A stretch of 64,000 nucleotides of DNA from Candidatus Poriferisocius sp. Its GTDB lineage: Bacteria; Actinomycetota; Acidimicrobiia; Acidimicrobiales; Bin134. Location of the stretch: NCBI RefSeq assembly GCF_965202595.1, contig NZ_OZ241836.1, positions 1,104,357-1,168,356 on the forward strand. Direction: 5' to 3'. Below are positions 1-8,615 of this stretch, in pieces (positions within the stretch are counted from its first letter, which is position 1; every line of letters starts with the position of its first letter). The notes under the pieces are model-generated. The model made no database searches, had not been told where the DNA came from, and was given only the letters and a program-made list of their open reading frames with translations. The position numbers were made by a program, and so were the translations under genes.

Positions 1-9
1 AGGAGTCAT

Positions 10-543
10 TTACGAGGGAACTCCCAGCGAGTTCAGCAGCGTTGGCCAGAAATCGTGGGCGATCTGGCGCACGTCTGGCTCGGGGCGCGTGTCAAGTGGG
101 TAGGGCAACACACACAGTCGCAAGCCGGACCGGCCCAGGTTGCGGGCCATGATCCCGGCCAGCGGCACGAACTCCTCGGTAACGACGGCGACCGCCGTCT
201 TGCCCCTGGACGCTATCGCGACTGCGTCGTGGACGGTCCAGGAGGTGCAGCTTCCTCAATTGCCAAGGCCGACGATGGCGATGTCCACATCGGTGGCGAA
301 GTTGTCCAGCTCCACCAGAACCGCGTCCTTGAGCTTGACATCCTGGCGGGATTCTGAGCACCACGGCATCACCTCGGCACCAGCCGCGGTCAGCTTGTGG
401 GTCCACTCCTCGGTGGTCCACAAAAACGAGCGCCAGGTGAGGTCGTAGCGGATGCCCACCCGCTTACCGATCAGCGGACCGGCATCGGGGCCCCGGTCCG
501 GGTCAATAGCCTGCGGGACTGCCGTCGGATCCAGTACCAACAT
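10..543 (-). CDS. UGSC-family selenoprotein; in-frame TGA at 256-258 read as selenocysteine
   Basis: Track ORF 256..543 stops at TGA after ...DIAIVGLGN. The same frame continues GSCTSWTVHDAVAIASRGKTAVAVVTEEFVPLAG... to TAA at 10-12, giving the N-U-G-S-C motif. It is a paralog of 13710..14258, which has TGA at the same motif position. Confidence 0.8.
205..242 (-). other. candidate SECIS-like stem-loop downstream of UGA 256-258
   Basis: On the minus strand, CCTGGAC (242-236) pairs with GTCCAGG (211-205). There is an inner CGAC-GCA-GTCG hairpin. The structure begins about 14 nt after the TGA. Hand-folded only. Confidence 0.3.
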
Positions 544-579
544 GCCAGCAGATTAGCGTCTAGGAGCTGAGATGGGGTT

Positions 580-1389
580 CTACCTTCCGGTGAAGTTGGG
601 GGGTCGGCCCTGGTGGCGGGATGCGGCCCATTCCCGAAAGTCGGCCGAGCGGGATGACAACTCCATGGCGAAGGCCTCGTCGCCCAGATGAGACTCCAGG
701 CTTCTACCGGAACTGCGGCTGATGAGGGTTTTGGTCAGCCCGATGGACACGGTGGCCGAGGCCGCCAACCGGGTGGCCAGCGCCAAAGCCTCGGCATCGA
801 CGTGGTCGGCGGGAACCGCTTGATGGATAAGTCCCCAAGCAGCGGCGTCGGCTCCGGAAATCTCCTCGCCCAGCATCAACATCCGTTTGGTCCGGCTGAT
901 CCCGGCCAAACGGGGCAGGAGCCATGACATCCCACTGTCGGGGGTAATGCCCATGGAGGTGAACGGTGCCCGTAGCCGGGCATCCTCAGCAGCTACCGCG
1001 AAGTCGCAGGCCAGTACCAGGCTGAGGCCCAGACCCACAGCCCATCCCTGTATCGCGCCCACGATGGGTACCTGCACCTCCAGCATCACCGGGATGAGCC
1101 GGTTCACCAGATAGGGCATGCGGCGGGAGATGCTGCCCGGTCGGGGCCGGGGGCCACTTCCGATCCGACCGGCCAGGTCGAAGCCGCTGCAAAAGTTGTC
1201 GCCCTCGGCATTGAGTAGTACTGCCCGAACATCCTCGTCGGAGCCGGCGGCTTCCAGGGTGTCGATAAGTGTGAGAACGATGTCGTCGGTCAGTGCGTTG
1301 CGACGCTGGGGACGGTCCAGGGTGAGGATCAGCAGCGGTGGGGACGAGACCACTCTCAGTCCCTCCGGTGGGTTGGGGTAGGGCTTCAT
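580..1389 (-). CDS. enoyl-CoA hydratase/isomerase (crotonase) family protein
   Basis: The 269-aa C-terminal part of track ORF 580..2025 has crotonase-like segments LTLDRPQRRNAL, NFCSGFDL and GWAVGLGLSL. The ATG at 1387-1389 overlaps the TGA of the upstream mini-ORF (ATGA). Confidence 0.85.
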   Translation of the reverse strand: MKPYPNPPEGLRVVSSPPLLILTLDRPQRRNALTDDIVLTLIDTLEAAGSDEDVRAVLLNAEGDNFCSGFDLAGRIGSGPRPRPGSISRRMPYLVNRLIPVMLEVQVPIVGAIQGWAVGLGLSLVLACDFAVAAEDARLRAPFTSMGITPDSGMSWLLPRLAGISRTKRMLMLGEEISGADAAAWGLIHQAVPADHVDAEALALATRLAASATVSIGLTKTLISRSSGRSLESHLGDEAFAMELSSRSADFREWAASRHQGRPPNFTGR

Positions 1390-1468
1390 GATCGGTGGTG
1401 CTCCGAGCGTAGCAACCCGACCGGTTTCACCGCCGGGGGGTAGGGCTTCATGATCGGTGATGCTCCGG
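1375..1468 (-). repeat. 62-bp junction duplication (about 1.5 copies) creating a 21-aa linker ORF at 1386..1451
   Basis: GGGGTAGGGCTTCATGATCGGTG[G/A]TGCTCCG occurs at 1375-1406 and 1437-1468. Both copies carry the ATCATGA stop/start overlap. The linker ORF reads MKPYPPAVKPVGLLRSEHHRS. Confidence 0.9.
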
Positions 1469-2752
1469 TTCTGCGCCTTCGCCGGTTTCCATGGCCGCGA
1501 ACCGCTCCACCAGAGCTTCCAGCGCTTCCGCCGAAGTCGAGGCTCCGCCCGGGGCGTTGGGAAGCCGGACCGGCCCGTGCTCCCGGCTGGGCAGCAGAAC
1601 GGTGGCATGCCCCGGGGTTGTGGTCTCGCCCCGCTGGTTCTCCCCCCAGATATCCAGATCCACTGCCGGGAGGTCGCCACCGGCCAAGTACTTGCGAGCC
1701 ACCCGACCTCGCATCCAGTGGGTATCGCCCACATAGTTGAATCCTCGGAACTGGCAGTCCAACCGCCACAACCAGGCATCGTCACCCATCCAGTCGGTGC
1801 ACAGGTGAGTAAGCCAGCATTCCCGCATTCGCCCGTAGTCGTACACCGCGGGACTACCCGCTCTCTCGGCCCACTCGGGATCCCAGTGGACCCGCTGCTG
1901 CACATCGGGGACACCGAGGGCATCGGGTCGGAAAAAGCGGGGCACCCGCCGGCGCTGCTGGTACCCCAGGCGCAGGGCTTTGACCCCGTAGAGCCCCATA
2001 CCCATGCCCGCGTGCCAGCAAACAATGTCGGTCACCCGCAGTGGCCCCTTCACCAGAGGAGCAAGCTCGTCCCCCACCTCGGTGTCCTCATACCACCGGG
2101 GTTCCGCGCCCCGGCGGTTGCCGGGTTCGGCGGCGTAGGCCTCGTCAATGCGAGCCAGTTCATCGGTGCCATAGGGTTCGATCAGGCTCTCCCGCTCATG
2201 GCGGGTGGCCTGGGCCTCGGCCCGATCGGTGCGGATCATGAGCCGGTACTGGGCTGACAGCACCGGCCCTCCGCCGGCTGCGAACACCTCGGCGGTCCAT
2301 TCGTGGATCGCTCGATTAGCGAACCGGCTCCGCTTGTCGTGAACTCCGACCAGCGCGTTGCGCCGGGTAACCCGGGTACCGGGTCGCAGGGGTTGCCACC
2401 ACTCCCGGTGGCTGGCCGAGTAGTGGGCCTGCGCTCCCCTGAGTGGATCTCCCCTGAGTAGGGCGGCGGTTTTCGGATCCAGCCGCTCCACCTCGTTCTC
2501 GCCGATCAGCGTATCCCCGCCCACCATCGGCGGCGGGGCGATGGGTCCGCCCCACACGGTCCCCAACCCGTACTCGGGGTCGCACCACAGGGGATTGTCG
2601 TCACCGTAGGCTTCGGCCACCTGCCGGAAAGCATCCTCGTTGGGTACCTGGAAACGGGGTGGTTGGGGATGGGGCGTGGCTGAGCCTATGCGGCTCCGAA
2701 GCGCCGCCACCGCTTCGTCGGTTATGCCACCAGGGTGTCGTCCATCGTTCAC
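1448..2752 (-). CDS. MaoC/FAS1-like (double hotdog) acyl dehydratase family protein
   Basis: From track ORF 1448..2893. The sequence (DDNPLWCDPEYG..., a long two-lobed dehydratase-like protein) matches what I recall for the MaoC N-terminal plus MaoC dehydratase families. Start is uncertain: GTG 2752 or ATG 2836. Confidence 0.6.
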   Translation of the reverse strand: MNDGRHPGGITDEAVAALRSRIGSATPHPQPPRFQVPNEDAFRQVAEAYGDDNPLWCDPEYGLGTVWGGPIAPPPMVGGDTLIGENEVERLDPKTAALLRGDPLRGAQAHYSASHREWWQPLRPGTRVTRRNALVGVHDKRSRFANRAIHEWTAEVFAAGGGPVLSAQYRLMIRTDRAEAQATRHERESLIEPYGTDELARIDEAYAAEPGNRRGAEPRWYEDTEVGDELAPLVKGPLRVTDIVCWHAGMGMGLYGVKALRLGYQQRRRVPRFFRPDALGVPDVQQRVHWDPEWAERAGSPAVYDYGRMRECWLTHLCTDWMGDDAWLWRLDCQFRGFNYVGDTHWMRGRVARKYLAGGDLPAVDLDIWGENQRGETTTPGHATVLLPSREHGPVRLPNAPGGASTSAEALEALVERFAAMETGEGAEPEHHRS

Positions 2753-2891
2753 GAAACGAGAGTAGCCCTGAAGAGTAGCCCGCGAACCGGTTCGCGGGGG
2801 TGAGGGCGGATTCTTCGATGGCAGTGATCTCGCCATCAAGGGGTTGGCTTCGAACCGGTTCGCAGGGGTGGAGCTGAGCCAAACTGATTCC

Positions 2892-3695
2892 ATGGGCTAT
2901 GAGACACTGATCGTGGAGCGCCGCGGCCGGGTGGGGTGGTTGATCAACAACCGGCCTGACCAGCTCAACGCCATGAACTCCTTGATGCGAGATGAGTTGG
3001 CCGAGGCCTGGCTGGCGCTCGACCGGGATCCGGAAGTGCGGGTGATTGTCCACACCGGGGAGGGGCGGGCCTTCCAAACCGGGGTGGACGTGACAGAGCT
3101 GGCCACCGACGGGCAGGGCATGGAGCGTTACCGGGAGTCGGTGGAGAACTTCGATCTTCACTTCACTTCTTGGCATCAGCAAGTGCGAAAGCCGGTGATC
3201 ACCGCAATCAACGGCATCTGCTGCGGGGGTGGATTCCACTGGGTGGCCGATGCCGACATCGCCATTGCGGCATCCGATGCCCAGTTTTTCGATCCTCACG
3301 TTTCTGTGGGACAGGTAGTGGCCCTCGAAGCCATCGCGCTGCTCAAGAAGATGCCGGCCGAGGCGGTGATGCGTATGGCCCTGATGGGGGTCCACGAGCG
3401 AATGGGGGCTCAGCGGGCCCACGAGTTGGGAATGATCAGCGAGGTGGTGGATCCGCCCGAGCGGCTGCGGGAGCGAGCCGGGGAGATCGCCGAGGCCGTT
3501 GCCCGCAACTCCCCCTCGGCCATGGCGGCCACGAAAAAAGCTCTTTGGGATGCTCTGGAGCATGGCCTCACCACCGCCTGCCGGGTTGGTGCCTCCCACA
3601 TGACGGGGATGTGGGGTCATCCCGACCAGATCGAGGGGCCGGCCGCCTTTACCGAAAAACGCGAACCCGAATGGGTGCCCCTCGACCCGATTTAG
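2892..3695 (+). CDS. enoyl-CoA hydratase/isomerase family protein
   Basis: MGYETLIVERRGRVGWLINNRPDQLNAM..., CCGGGFHWVADADIAIA, and a C-terminal FTEKREPEW typical of crotonases. The internal ATG of track ORF 2844..3695 is chosen as start. Confidence 0.85.
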   Translation: MGYETLIVERRGRVGWLINNRPDQLNAMNSLMRDELAEAWLALDRDPEVRVIVHTGEGRAFQTGVDVTELATDGQGMERYRESVENFDLHFTSWHQQVRKPVITAINGICCGGGFHWVADADIAIAASDAQFFDPHVSVGQVVALEAIALLKKMPAEAVMRMALMGVHERMGAQRAHELGMISEVVDPPERLRERAGEIAEAVARNSPSAMAATKKALWDALEHGLTTACRVGASHMTGMWGHPDQIEGPAAFTEKREPEWVPLDPI

Positions 3696-3768
3696 GGTAG
3701 ATATTTGGGTGGATAAGTCCCCATGGGAACGATTATCGGCCAGGAGATTCGGTTCGGCCGGGGAAGGG

Positions 3769-5580
3769 CTACCTACCGGGTCGGCGTTTCTGGACGCGGG
3801 CCCATTCGTCGCGCAGACCTACGGTGCGGTGGAACCGATCGGGGGCCTCGGGGTCGCGGGCGAAATAGCCGAGGCGCTCGAACTGGACCACCTGGCCGGG
3901 GGCGATGTCGGCCATGGCCGGCTCGAAGCGGGCCGTCTCCACGAGGCGGATGGAGTCGGGGGCCAGCGAGTCCATCGGATCGGTGCCGTCGGCACCGGGG
4001 TAAGGGTGGGTGAACAGGTGCTGGTAGAGCAAGGCCTGGCCGCGGTGGGCGTGGGCCGCGGATACCCAGTGGATGGTGGCCCGCACCCTGCGCCCATCGG
4101 GGGCTTGGCCCGATCCGGTGTCGGGGTCGTAAACACAGCGGACCTCGGTCACCCTGCCGTCTATGTCGGTTTCCACCCCGGTGCAGGTTACGAAGTAGCC
4201 CGATCTCAGGCGGACTTCCCGGCCGGGAGCCAGCCGGTAAAATTTGGGGGGCGGATCGAGCATGAAGTCGTCCCGTTCGATGTAGAGGACTCGTGAGAAC
4301 GGGACCTGCCGGGTACCCGCCGAGGGATCCTCGGGGTTGTTGGCGGCCTCCCGCATCTCCGTTTGGCCCTCGGGATAGTTTTCGATGACCAGCCGTAGCG
4401 GGTCGAGCACCGCCATCCGGCGCAGAGCCACCGCGTTCAGCTCCCGGCGGACGAAGGATTCCAGCAGCTCCACCTCCACGGTGCCGTCCACCCGGGCCAC
4501 CCCGATGTGGCGGCAGAACTGCCGGATTGCGTTTGGCGGGTAGCCCCTCCGGCGCAGACCTTGAAGGGTGGGCATGCGGGGATCGTCCCACCCGGATACA
4601 TGGCCTTTTGACACCAGCTCCGAAAGGCGACGCTTGGACAGCACGGTGTGAGTCAGGTTCAGGCGGGCGAACTCTGTTTGCCGGGGGCGATCCCCGGGCA
4701 GGTCGAGATGTTTTAGGAACCAGTCGTACAGCGGGCGGTGGGCATCGAACTCCAGGGTGCAGATCGAGTGGGTCACACCCTCCAGGGCATCGCTCTGGCC
4801 GTGGGCCCAGTCGTAAGTGGGATAGATGCACCATCGGTCGCCGGTGCGGTGATGGGTCTGGTGGCGAATGCGGTACAACACCGGGTCGCGCATGAGCATG
4901 TTCTCATGGGCCATGTCTATTCGGGCCCGCAACACCCGCTCACCGTCGGCGAACTCGCCGGCCCGCATGCGACGGAACAGGTCCAGGTTCTCATCAACCG
5001 TCCGGTTCCGCCAGGGGCTGTGGGTGCCCGGTTCGGTGAAGCTGCCTCGGGTGGCCGAGATGGTCGCCGCGTCCTGGTCGTCCACATAGGCCAGCCCGGC
5101 CCGGATCAGGTCTTCCGCCCAGTGGTAGAGCGGCTCGAAGTAATCGGAGGCGTAAAGGGTGCCCCGATCGGATTGGTAACCCAGCCAAGCCAGGTCGTTC
5201 TCAATGGCGGCGACGAAATCGGATCTCTCGGTCTCGGGGTTGGTGTCGTCCAGGCGGAGGTTGCAAGTGCCGTTGAACTCGCCGGCCAGGTCGAAGTTCA
5301 AACAGATGGACTTGGCGTGGCCGATGTGGAGATAGCCGTTGGGTTCGGGGGGGAACCGGGTCTGCACCCGACCGGCGAAAGTTCCCTCGGCGATATTCCG
5401 GTTGACCAAGGTGCGAATGAAGTCGCTGCGTTGGCTCGACTTGCCATCAACGAAGTCGCTGCGTTGGTTCGACTTGGTATCAATGAAGTCGCTGCGTTGG
5501 CTCGACTTGGCATCAACGAAGTCGCTGCGCTCGCCCGGTTCGGCATCCCCGGTGCTCCCCGCGCGGCTCATGGGCCCCAT
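3769..5580 (-). CDS. glnS: glutamine--tRNA ligase with repeat-bearing N-terminal extension
   Basis: PEPNGYLHIGHAKS (HIGH) and VLSKRRL (KMSKS-like) class I motifs, with GlnRS-like sequence throughout. ATG at 5580 (MGPMSRAG...). The rest of track ORF 3769..6348 overlaps the divergent amidohydrolase gene. Confidence 0.9.
   Translation of the reverse strand: MGPMSRAGSTGDAEPGERSDFVDAKSSQRSDFIDTKSNQRSDFVDGKSSQRSDFIRTLVNRNIAEGTFAGRVQTRFPPEPNGYLHIGHAKSICLNFDLAGEFNGTCNLRLDDTNPETERSDFVAAIENDLAWLGYQSDRGTLYASDYFEPLYHWAEDLIRAGLAYVDDQDAATISATRGSFTEPGTHSPWRNRTVDENLDLFRRMRAGEFADGERVLRARIDMAHENMLMRDPVLYRIRHQTHHRTGDRWCIYPTYDWAHGQSDALEGVTHSICTLEFDAHRPLYDWFLKHLDLPGDRPRQTEFARLNLTHTVLSKRRLSELVSKGHVSGWDDPRMPTLQGLRRRGYPPNAIRQFCRHIGVARVDGTVEVELLESFVRRELNAVALRRMAVLDPLRLVIENYPEGQTEMREAANNPEDPSAGTRQVPFSRVLYIERDDFMLDPPPKFYRLAPGREVRLRSGYFVTCTGVETDIDGRVTEVRCVYDPDTGSGQAPDGRRVRATIHWVSAAHAHRGQALLYQHLFTHPYPGADGTDPMDSLAPDSIRLVETARFEPAMADIAPGQVVQFERLGYFARDPEAPDRFHRTVGLRDEWARVQKRRPGR
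5416..5540 (-). repeat. 33-bp in-frame tandem repeat (about 3.8 copies) in the glnS 5' coding region
   Basis: AATGAAGTCGCTGCGTTGGCTCGACTTGCCATC-type units encode (K)SSQRSDF(V/I)D four times, immediately upstream of the conserved catalytic core. Confidence 0.9.
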
Positions 5581-5652
5581 CTTTGACCGATACCGGACCG
5601 GCCGGCAAGGTGTTTTATTTCTATGAGCGGCTGATTGGTGCGAAACTTGGGT

Positions 5653-6795
5653 ATGGCCTATTCGATCATCGACGTCGACACCCACATCACCGAGCCGGCC
5701 GACACCTGGACCAGTCGAGTTGCCGCCCGCCACCGTGACCGCGTGCCTCGAGTGGAGGTGATCGATGGTCGCCAGATCTGGTTGCTGGGCGATGACCGCA
5801 TCGGGGCGGTGGGCCCGACCGCTCCGGCCGGTTGGCCCAAGCCCATGCCCGACTCGCCGGCGGGCTATCACGAGGTGCATCCGGCGGCCTACGATGCCGA
5901 CGCTCGCTTGAAGCTGATGGATCGGCGGGGGGTATGGGCCGAGGTTCTGTATCCCAATGTGGGCGGGTTCGGTGCCCAACGGTTCTTGTCGATTGCCGAG
6001 GCCGATCTGAAGCAATCGTGCGTTCGGGCCTACAACGACTTCCTGGTGGAGTGGTGCAGCGCCGATTCCCGGCGGCTCATCCCGTCGATGGCCACCCCGT
6101 TCTGGGATGTGGATGGCGCGGTGGCCGAGGTGGAGCGGTGTGCCGCTATGGGCTACCGGTCGGTGAACTTCACCGGCGAGCCCCAGGTGTTCGGGCTGCC
6201 GTACCTGGGTGAGCCCCACTGGAACCCATTCTGGTCGGCGGTGTGCGATAACGACATGGTGGTGTCCTTCCACATCGGTAGCGGTGAGTTCAACTGGGAC
6301 CACACCCGGGTGGAGCGTCGAGGTTTCGCCGAGGCCTACGCCCTGCAATCGGTGGATCTTTTCACCAAGAACGGGATCCAGGTGTGCGATCTGTTGCTAT
6401 CGGGCGTGCTGCCCCGCTTCCCGAAGCTGCGGGTGGTGTCGGTGGAGTCGGGGATCGGCTGGCTACCGTTCATGCTGGAAGCGCTGGACCACCAGTTCAT
6501 TGAGGGGGGTGGTCCGAGGGAGCGGCCCGAGTTCGACAAGCTGCCCAGCGAGTACTTCGCGGAGCAGGTGTACACAACGTTCTGGTTCGAGGAGTCGGCC
6601 CCCCAGGATTTGCTGGGAAGCAGGATCCCGCTGGACAACGTGCTGTTCGAGACCGACTTCCCCCACCCCACCTGTCTGTACGACAACGTGCAGGAGAAGA
6701 TTGCGGCCAGCATCGGCCACCTGCCCCCCGAAGCCCGCCATCAGCTTCTCTGGGGCAACGCCGAGAAGCTCTACCGGGTACAAGCACCGGCCTGA
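5653..6795 (+). CDS. amidohydrolase-2 family metal-dependent hydrolase
   Basis: MAYSIIDVDTHITEP... N-terminus and ...FETDFPHPT near the C-terminus are typical of the ACMSD-like amidohydrolase_2 fold. Confidence 0.8.
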   Translation: MAYSIIDVDTHITEPADTWTSRVAARHRDRVPRVEVIDGRQIWLLGDDRIGAVGPTAPAGWPKPMPDSPAGYHEVHPAAYDADARLKLMDRRGVWAEVLYPNVGGFGAQRFLSIAEADLKQSCVRAYNDFLVEWCSADSRRLIPSMATPFWDVDGAVAEVERCAAMGYRSVNFTGEPQVFGLPYLGEPHWNPFWSAVCDNDMVVSFHIGSGEFNWDHTRVERRGFAEAYALQSVDLFTKNGIQVCDLLLSGVLPRFPKLRVVSVESGIGWLPFMLEALDHQFIEGGGPRERPEFDKLPSEYFAEQVYTTFWFEESAPQDLLGSRIPLDNVLFETDFPHPTCLYDNVQEKIAASIGHLPPEARHQLLWGNAEKLYRVQAPA

Positions 6796-6985
6796 TAGGT
6801 GTGGCCATGAGCGATCAATGGGACATAATTTCCAGCCACTACAGCAACCAAAAGTTGCTGCCTGATAGGTGATGACCATGAACGATCAATGGGACCGGCA
6901 AGCTGGTGTGGCCATGAGCGATCAATGGGACCGGCAAGCTGGTGTGACCATGAGCGATCAATGGGACCGGCAAGCCGATGTGGTG
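6791..6985 (+). repeat. compound junction repeat: a 70/71-bp duplication plus 36-bp x3 in-frame copies of the downstream start region
   Basis: CCTGATAGGTG..CCATGA.CGATCAATGGGAC occurs at 6791 and 6861. ATGAGCGATCAATGGGACCGGCAAGC units have ATGs at 6878, 6914 and 6950. The ATG at 6807 opens a 21-aa ORF that stops at 6870-6872. Confidence 0.85.
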
Positions 6986-8386
6986 GTGCTGGGTATGGGC
7001 GCGGCCGGATGTGCCGCCGCCATCGCCGCAACCGATGCGGGAGCGTCGGTTCTCCTGCTGGAGAAGATGCCCGAGGGCCGGGAGGGAGGCAATACCCGCA
7101 TCTCCGGAGGCATCTGGTTCAATAGTCTCGACCCCGACGGGATGGCGGTCTATCTGCGGTCGTTGTGCGGCCCTTATACCTTGCCCGAGCCGGTGGTGCA
7201 GGTGTGGGCCCAGGAGACCTACAAGAACACGGAGTGGCTGGAGAGCCTGGGTGTGACCCCCGGTGTTCATGCCGACTACCAGCCCGAGTATCCCGAGATG
7301 CCCGGTGCCGAGTTCTACGGAGGTTACCTGGGGGTAAACGGGGAGATGGGTCGGCAACTGCTGTTCAAAGCACTGTCGGCCGCCGTGCGGGACCGGGGGG
7401 TGGAAGTGCTGCTGGACACCCCGGCCAAAGAGTTGGTGACCGGTGAAGACGGCTCAGTCATCGGGGTGGTGGCCTCCTCTGGGGGCGCGCCGCTACGGGT
7501 GGGGGCCCGCCGGGGGGTGGTGCTGGCCACCGGTGGCTTTGAGAACAACCCGGAGATGGTGCGCGATTACCTGCAATTGCCCGGTTCCCCGGTGTGGGGG
7601 TCACCCGCCGGCACCGGTGACGGTATCAAGATGGCCCAGAAGGTCGGTGCCGATCTGTGGCACATGGACAACATGGCGGCCACCCTCGGCCTGGCGGCCG
7701 ATGGGTTCGAGGCCGGCATGTACGTAATGTTCATCTTCTCCCAGGGTTTCATATGCGTGGGCAACGACGGGCGACGACCCCATAATGAGATCCCTCCCCA
7801 AGGGCATGGCCACGGGCTGATAAATGGTGCCTACGAGCTGTTCCAGCGACGGCCCCTACAGGTGGTGTTCGACGAAGCCACCCGGCTCGCCGGCCCCATC
7901 TCACCCCCCAGGGAGATCCTCCCGGTGGGTTGGAACCTGCTCATGGAGGGCTACGAGTGGAGTGCCGACAACTCGGCTGAGATCGACAAGGGGTGGATCC
8001 TCGCCGGCGATACCCCCGCAGAGCTGGCTGAGCGGTTGGGGGTGGATCCCGAAGGGCTGGAGGCATCGGTGGAGGCGTGGAACCAGGCCTGCGCGGCCGG
8101 CCACGACCCGCTGGGCCGTCCCCGAGCCACCCTCACCCCGCTGGAAACACCTCCGTTCTACGGGTTCACCTCGGCCCCGCTTCTGGGTTGGACCAATGGT
8201 GGCCCCCGCCGCAACGAGAAGGCCCAGGTACTCGACCCCTTCGGTGAGGTCATCGGGCGCTTGTACGCCGCGGGCACGGTCAGCTCGACCTATAGCTGGT
8301 GCAAGGATGGTGGTTTCCACATCGGGGACGCTTTGGCCTTCGGTCGGGTGGCAGGCCGCAGCGCCGCCGCCGAAACACCCCGCTGA
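6950..8386 (+). CDS. FAD-dependent oxidoreductase (fumarate reductase / 3-ketosteroid dehydrogenase-like flavoprotein)
   Basis: DVVVLGMGAAGCAAAIAATDAGASVLLLEK dinucleotide fold, GGFENN, and a C-terminal GRLYAAGT motif. The start could be any of the in-frame repeat ATGs at 6872, 6878, 6914 or 6950. Confidence 0.8.
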   Translation: MSDQWDRQADVVVLGMGAAGCAAAIAATDAGASVLLLEKMPEGREGGNTRISGGIWFNSLDPDGMAVYLRSLCGPYTLPEPVVQVWAQETYKNTEWLESLGVTPGVHADYQPEYPEMPGAEFYGGYLGVNGEMGRQLLFKALSAAVRDRGVEVLLDTPAKELVTGEDGSVIGVVASSGGAPLRVGARRGVVLATGGFENNPEMVRDYLQLPGSPVWGSPAGTGDGIKMAQKVGADLWHMDNMAATLGLAADGFEAGMYVMFIFSQGFICVGNDGRRPHNEIPPQGHGHGLINGAYELFQRRPLQVVFDEATRLAGPISPPREILPVGWNLLMEGYEWSADNSAEIDKGWILAGDTPAELAERLGVDPEGLEASVEAWNQACAAGHDPLGRPRATLTPLETPPFYGFTSAPLLGWTNGGPRRNEKAQVLDPFGEVIGRLYAAGTVSSTYSWCKDGGFHIGDALAFGRVAGRSAAAETPR

Positions 8387-8435
8387 CCCAACCCACCAAC
8401 TCTCGACCATTCCCAACCAAAAGGGCCAAATCCAC

Positions 8436-8615
8436 TCAGTTCAACACCAGGCCCTCGAGAGCACCCTCATATCAGTTCAACACCAGGCCCTCGAGAGCAC
8501 CCTCATATCAGTTCAACACCAGGCCCTCGAGAGCACCCTCATATCAGTTCAACACCAGGCCCTCGAGAGCACCCTCATATCAGCTCAGCACCAGGCCCTC
8601 GAGAGCACCCTCGTC
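8436..8615 (-). repeat. 36-bp x5 tandem copies of the BVMO 3' terminus, each including the stop codon
   Basis: TCAGTTCAACACCAGGCCCTCGAGAGCACCCTCATA occurs four times (8436, 8472, 8508, 8544), followed by the real end TCAGCTCAGCACC... at 8580. Each copy reads ...GALEGLVL(N/S)-stop on the minus strand. Confidence 0.95.

Noticed and set aside
256-258. Alternative explanations for the four in-frame TGAs: a reassigned genetic code (TGA as Trp or Gly), or pseudogenes.
   Set aside because: Many neighbouring well-conserved genes terminate at TGA (for example 6793, 16403, 17851, 21451 and 52811), so TGA is a normal stop here. All four internal TGAs fall exactly on known Cys/Sec redox positions, and homology continues downstream of each.
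580-2025. The full-length 481-aa and 859-aa track ORFs (580..2025 and 3769..6348) taken as genuine genes.
   Set aside because: Only the C-terminal parts show family homology (crotonase from ATG 1389; GlnRS from ATG 5580). The upstream extensions overlap other well-supported genes.
2601-3620. Long antisense or alternate-frame ORFs such as 2601..3620(-), 18620..20254(-), 22069..23520(+), 24851..26695(-), 34766..36016(+), 37976..39451(+), 54586..55929(+) and 31780..33018(-).
   Set aside because: Each lies opposite or overlapping a gene with clear family motifs. Their translations are Arg/Gly/Pro/His-rich low-complexity sequence, typical of shadow ORFs in high-GC DNA.
8436-8615. The possibility that the regular 33-50-bp tandem arrays (8436, 17838, 45294, 47921 and others) are CRISPR arrays.
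   Set aside because: The units abut directly with no unique spacers. There are no cas genes. The units are copies of adjacent gene termini.
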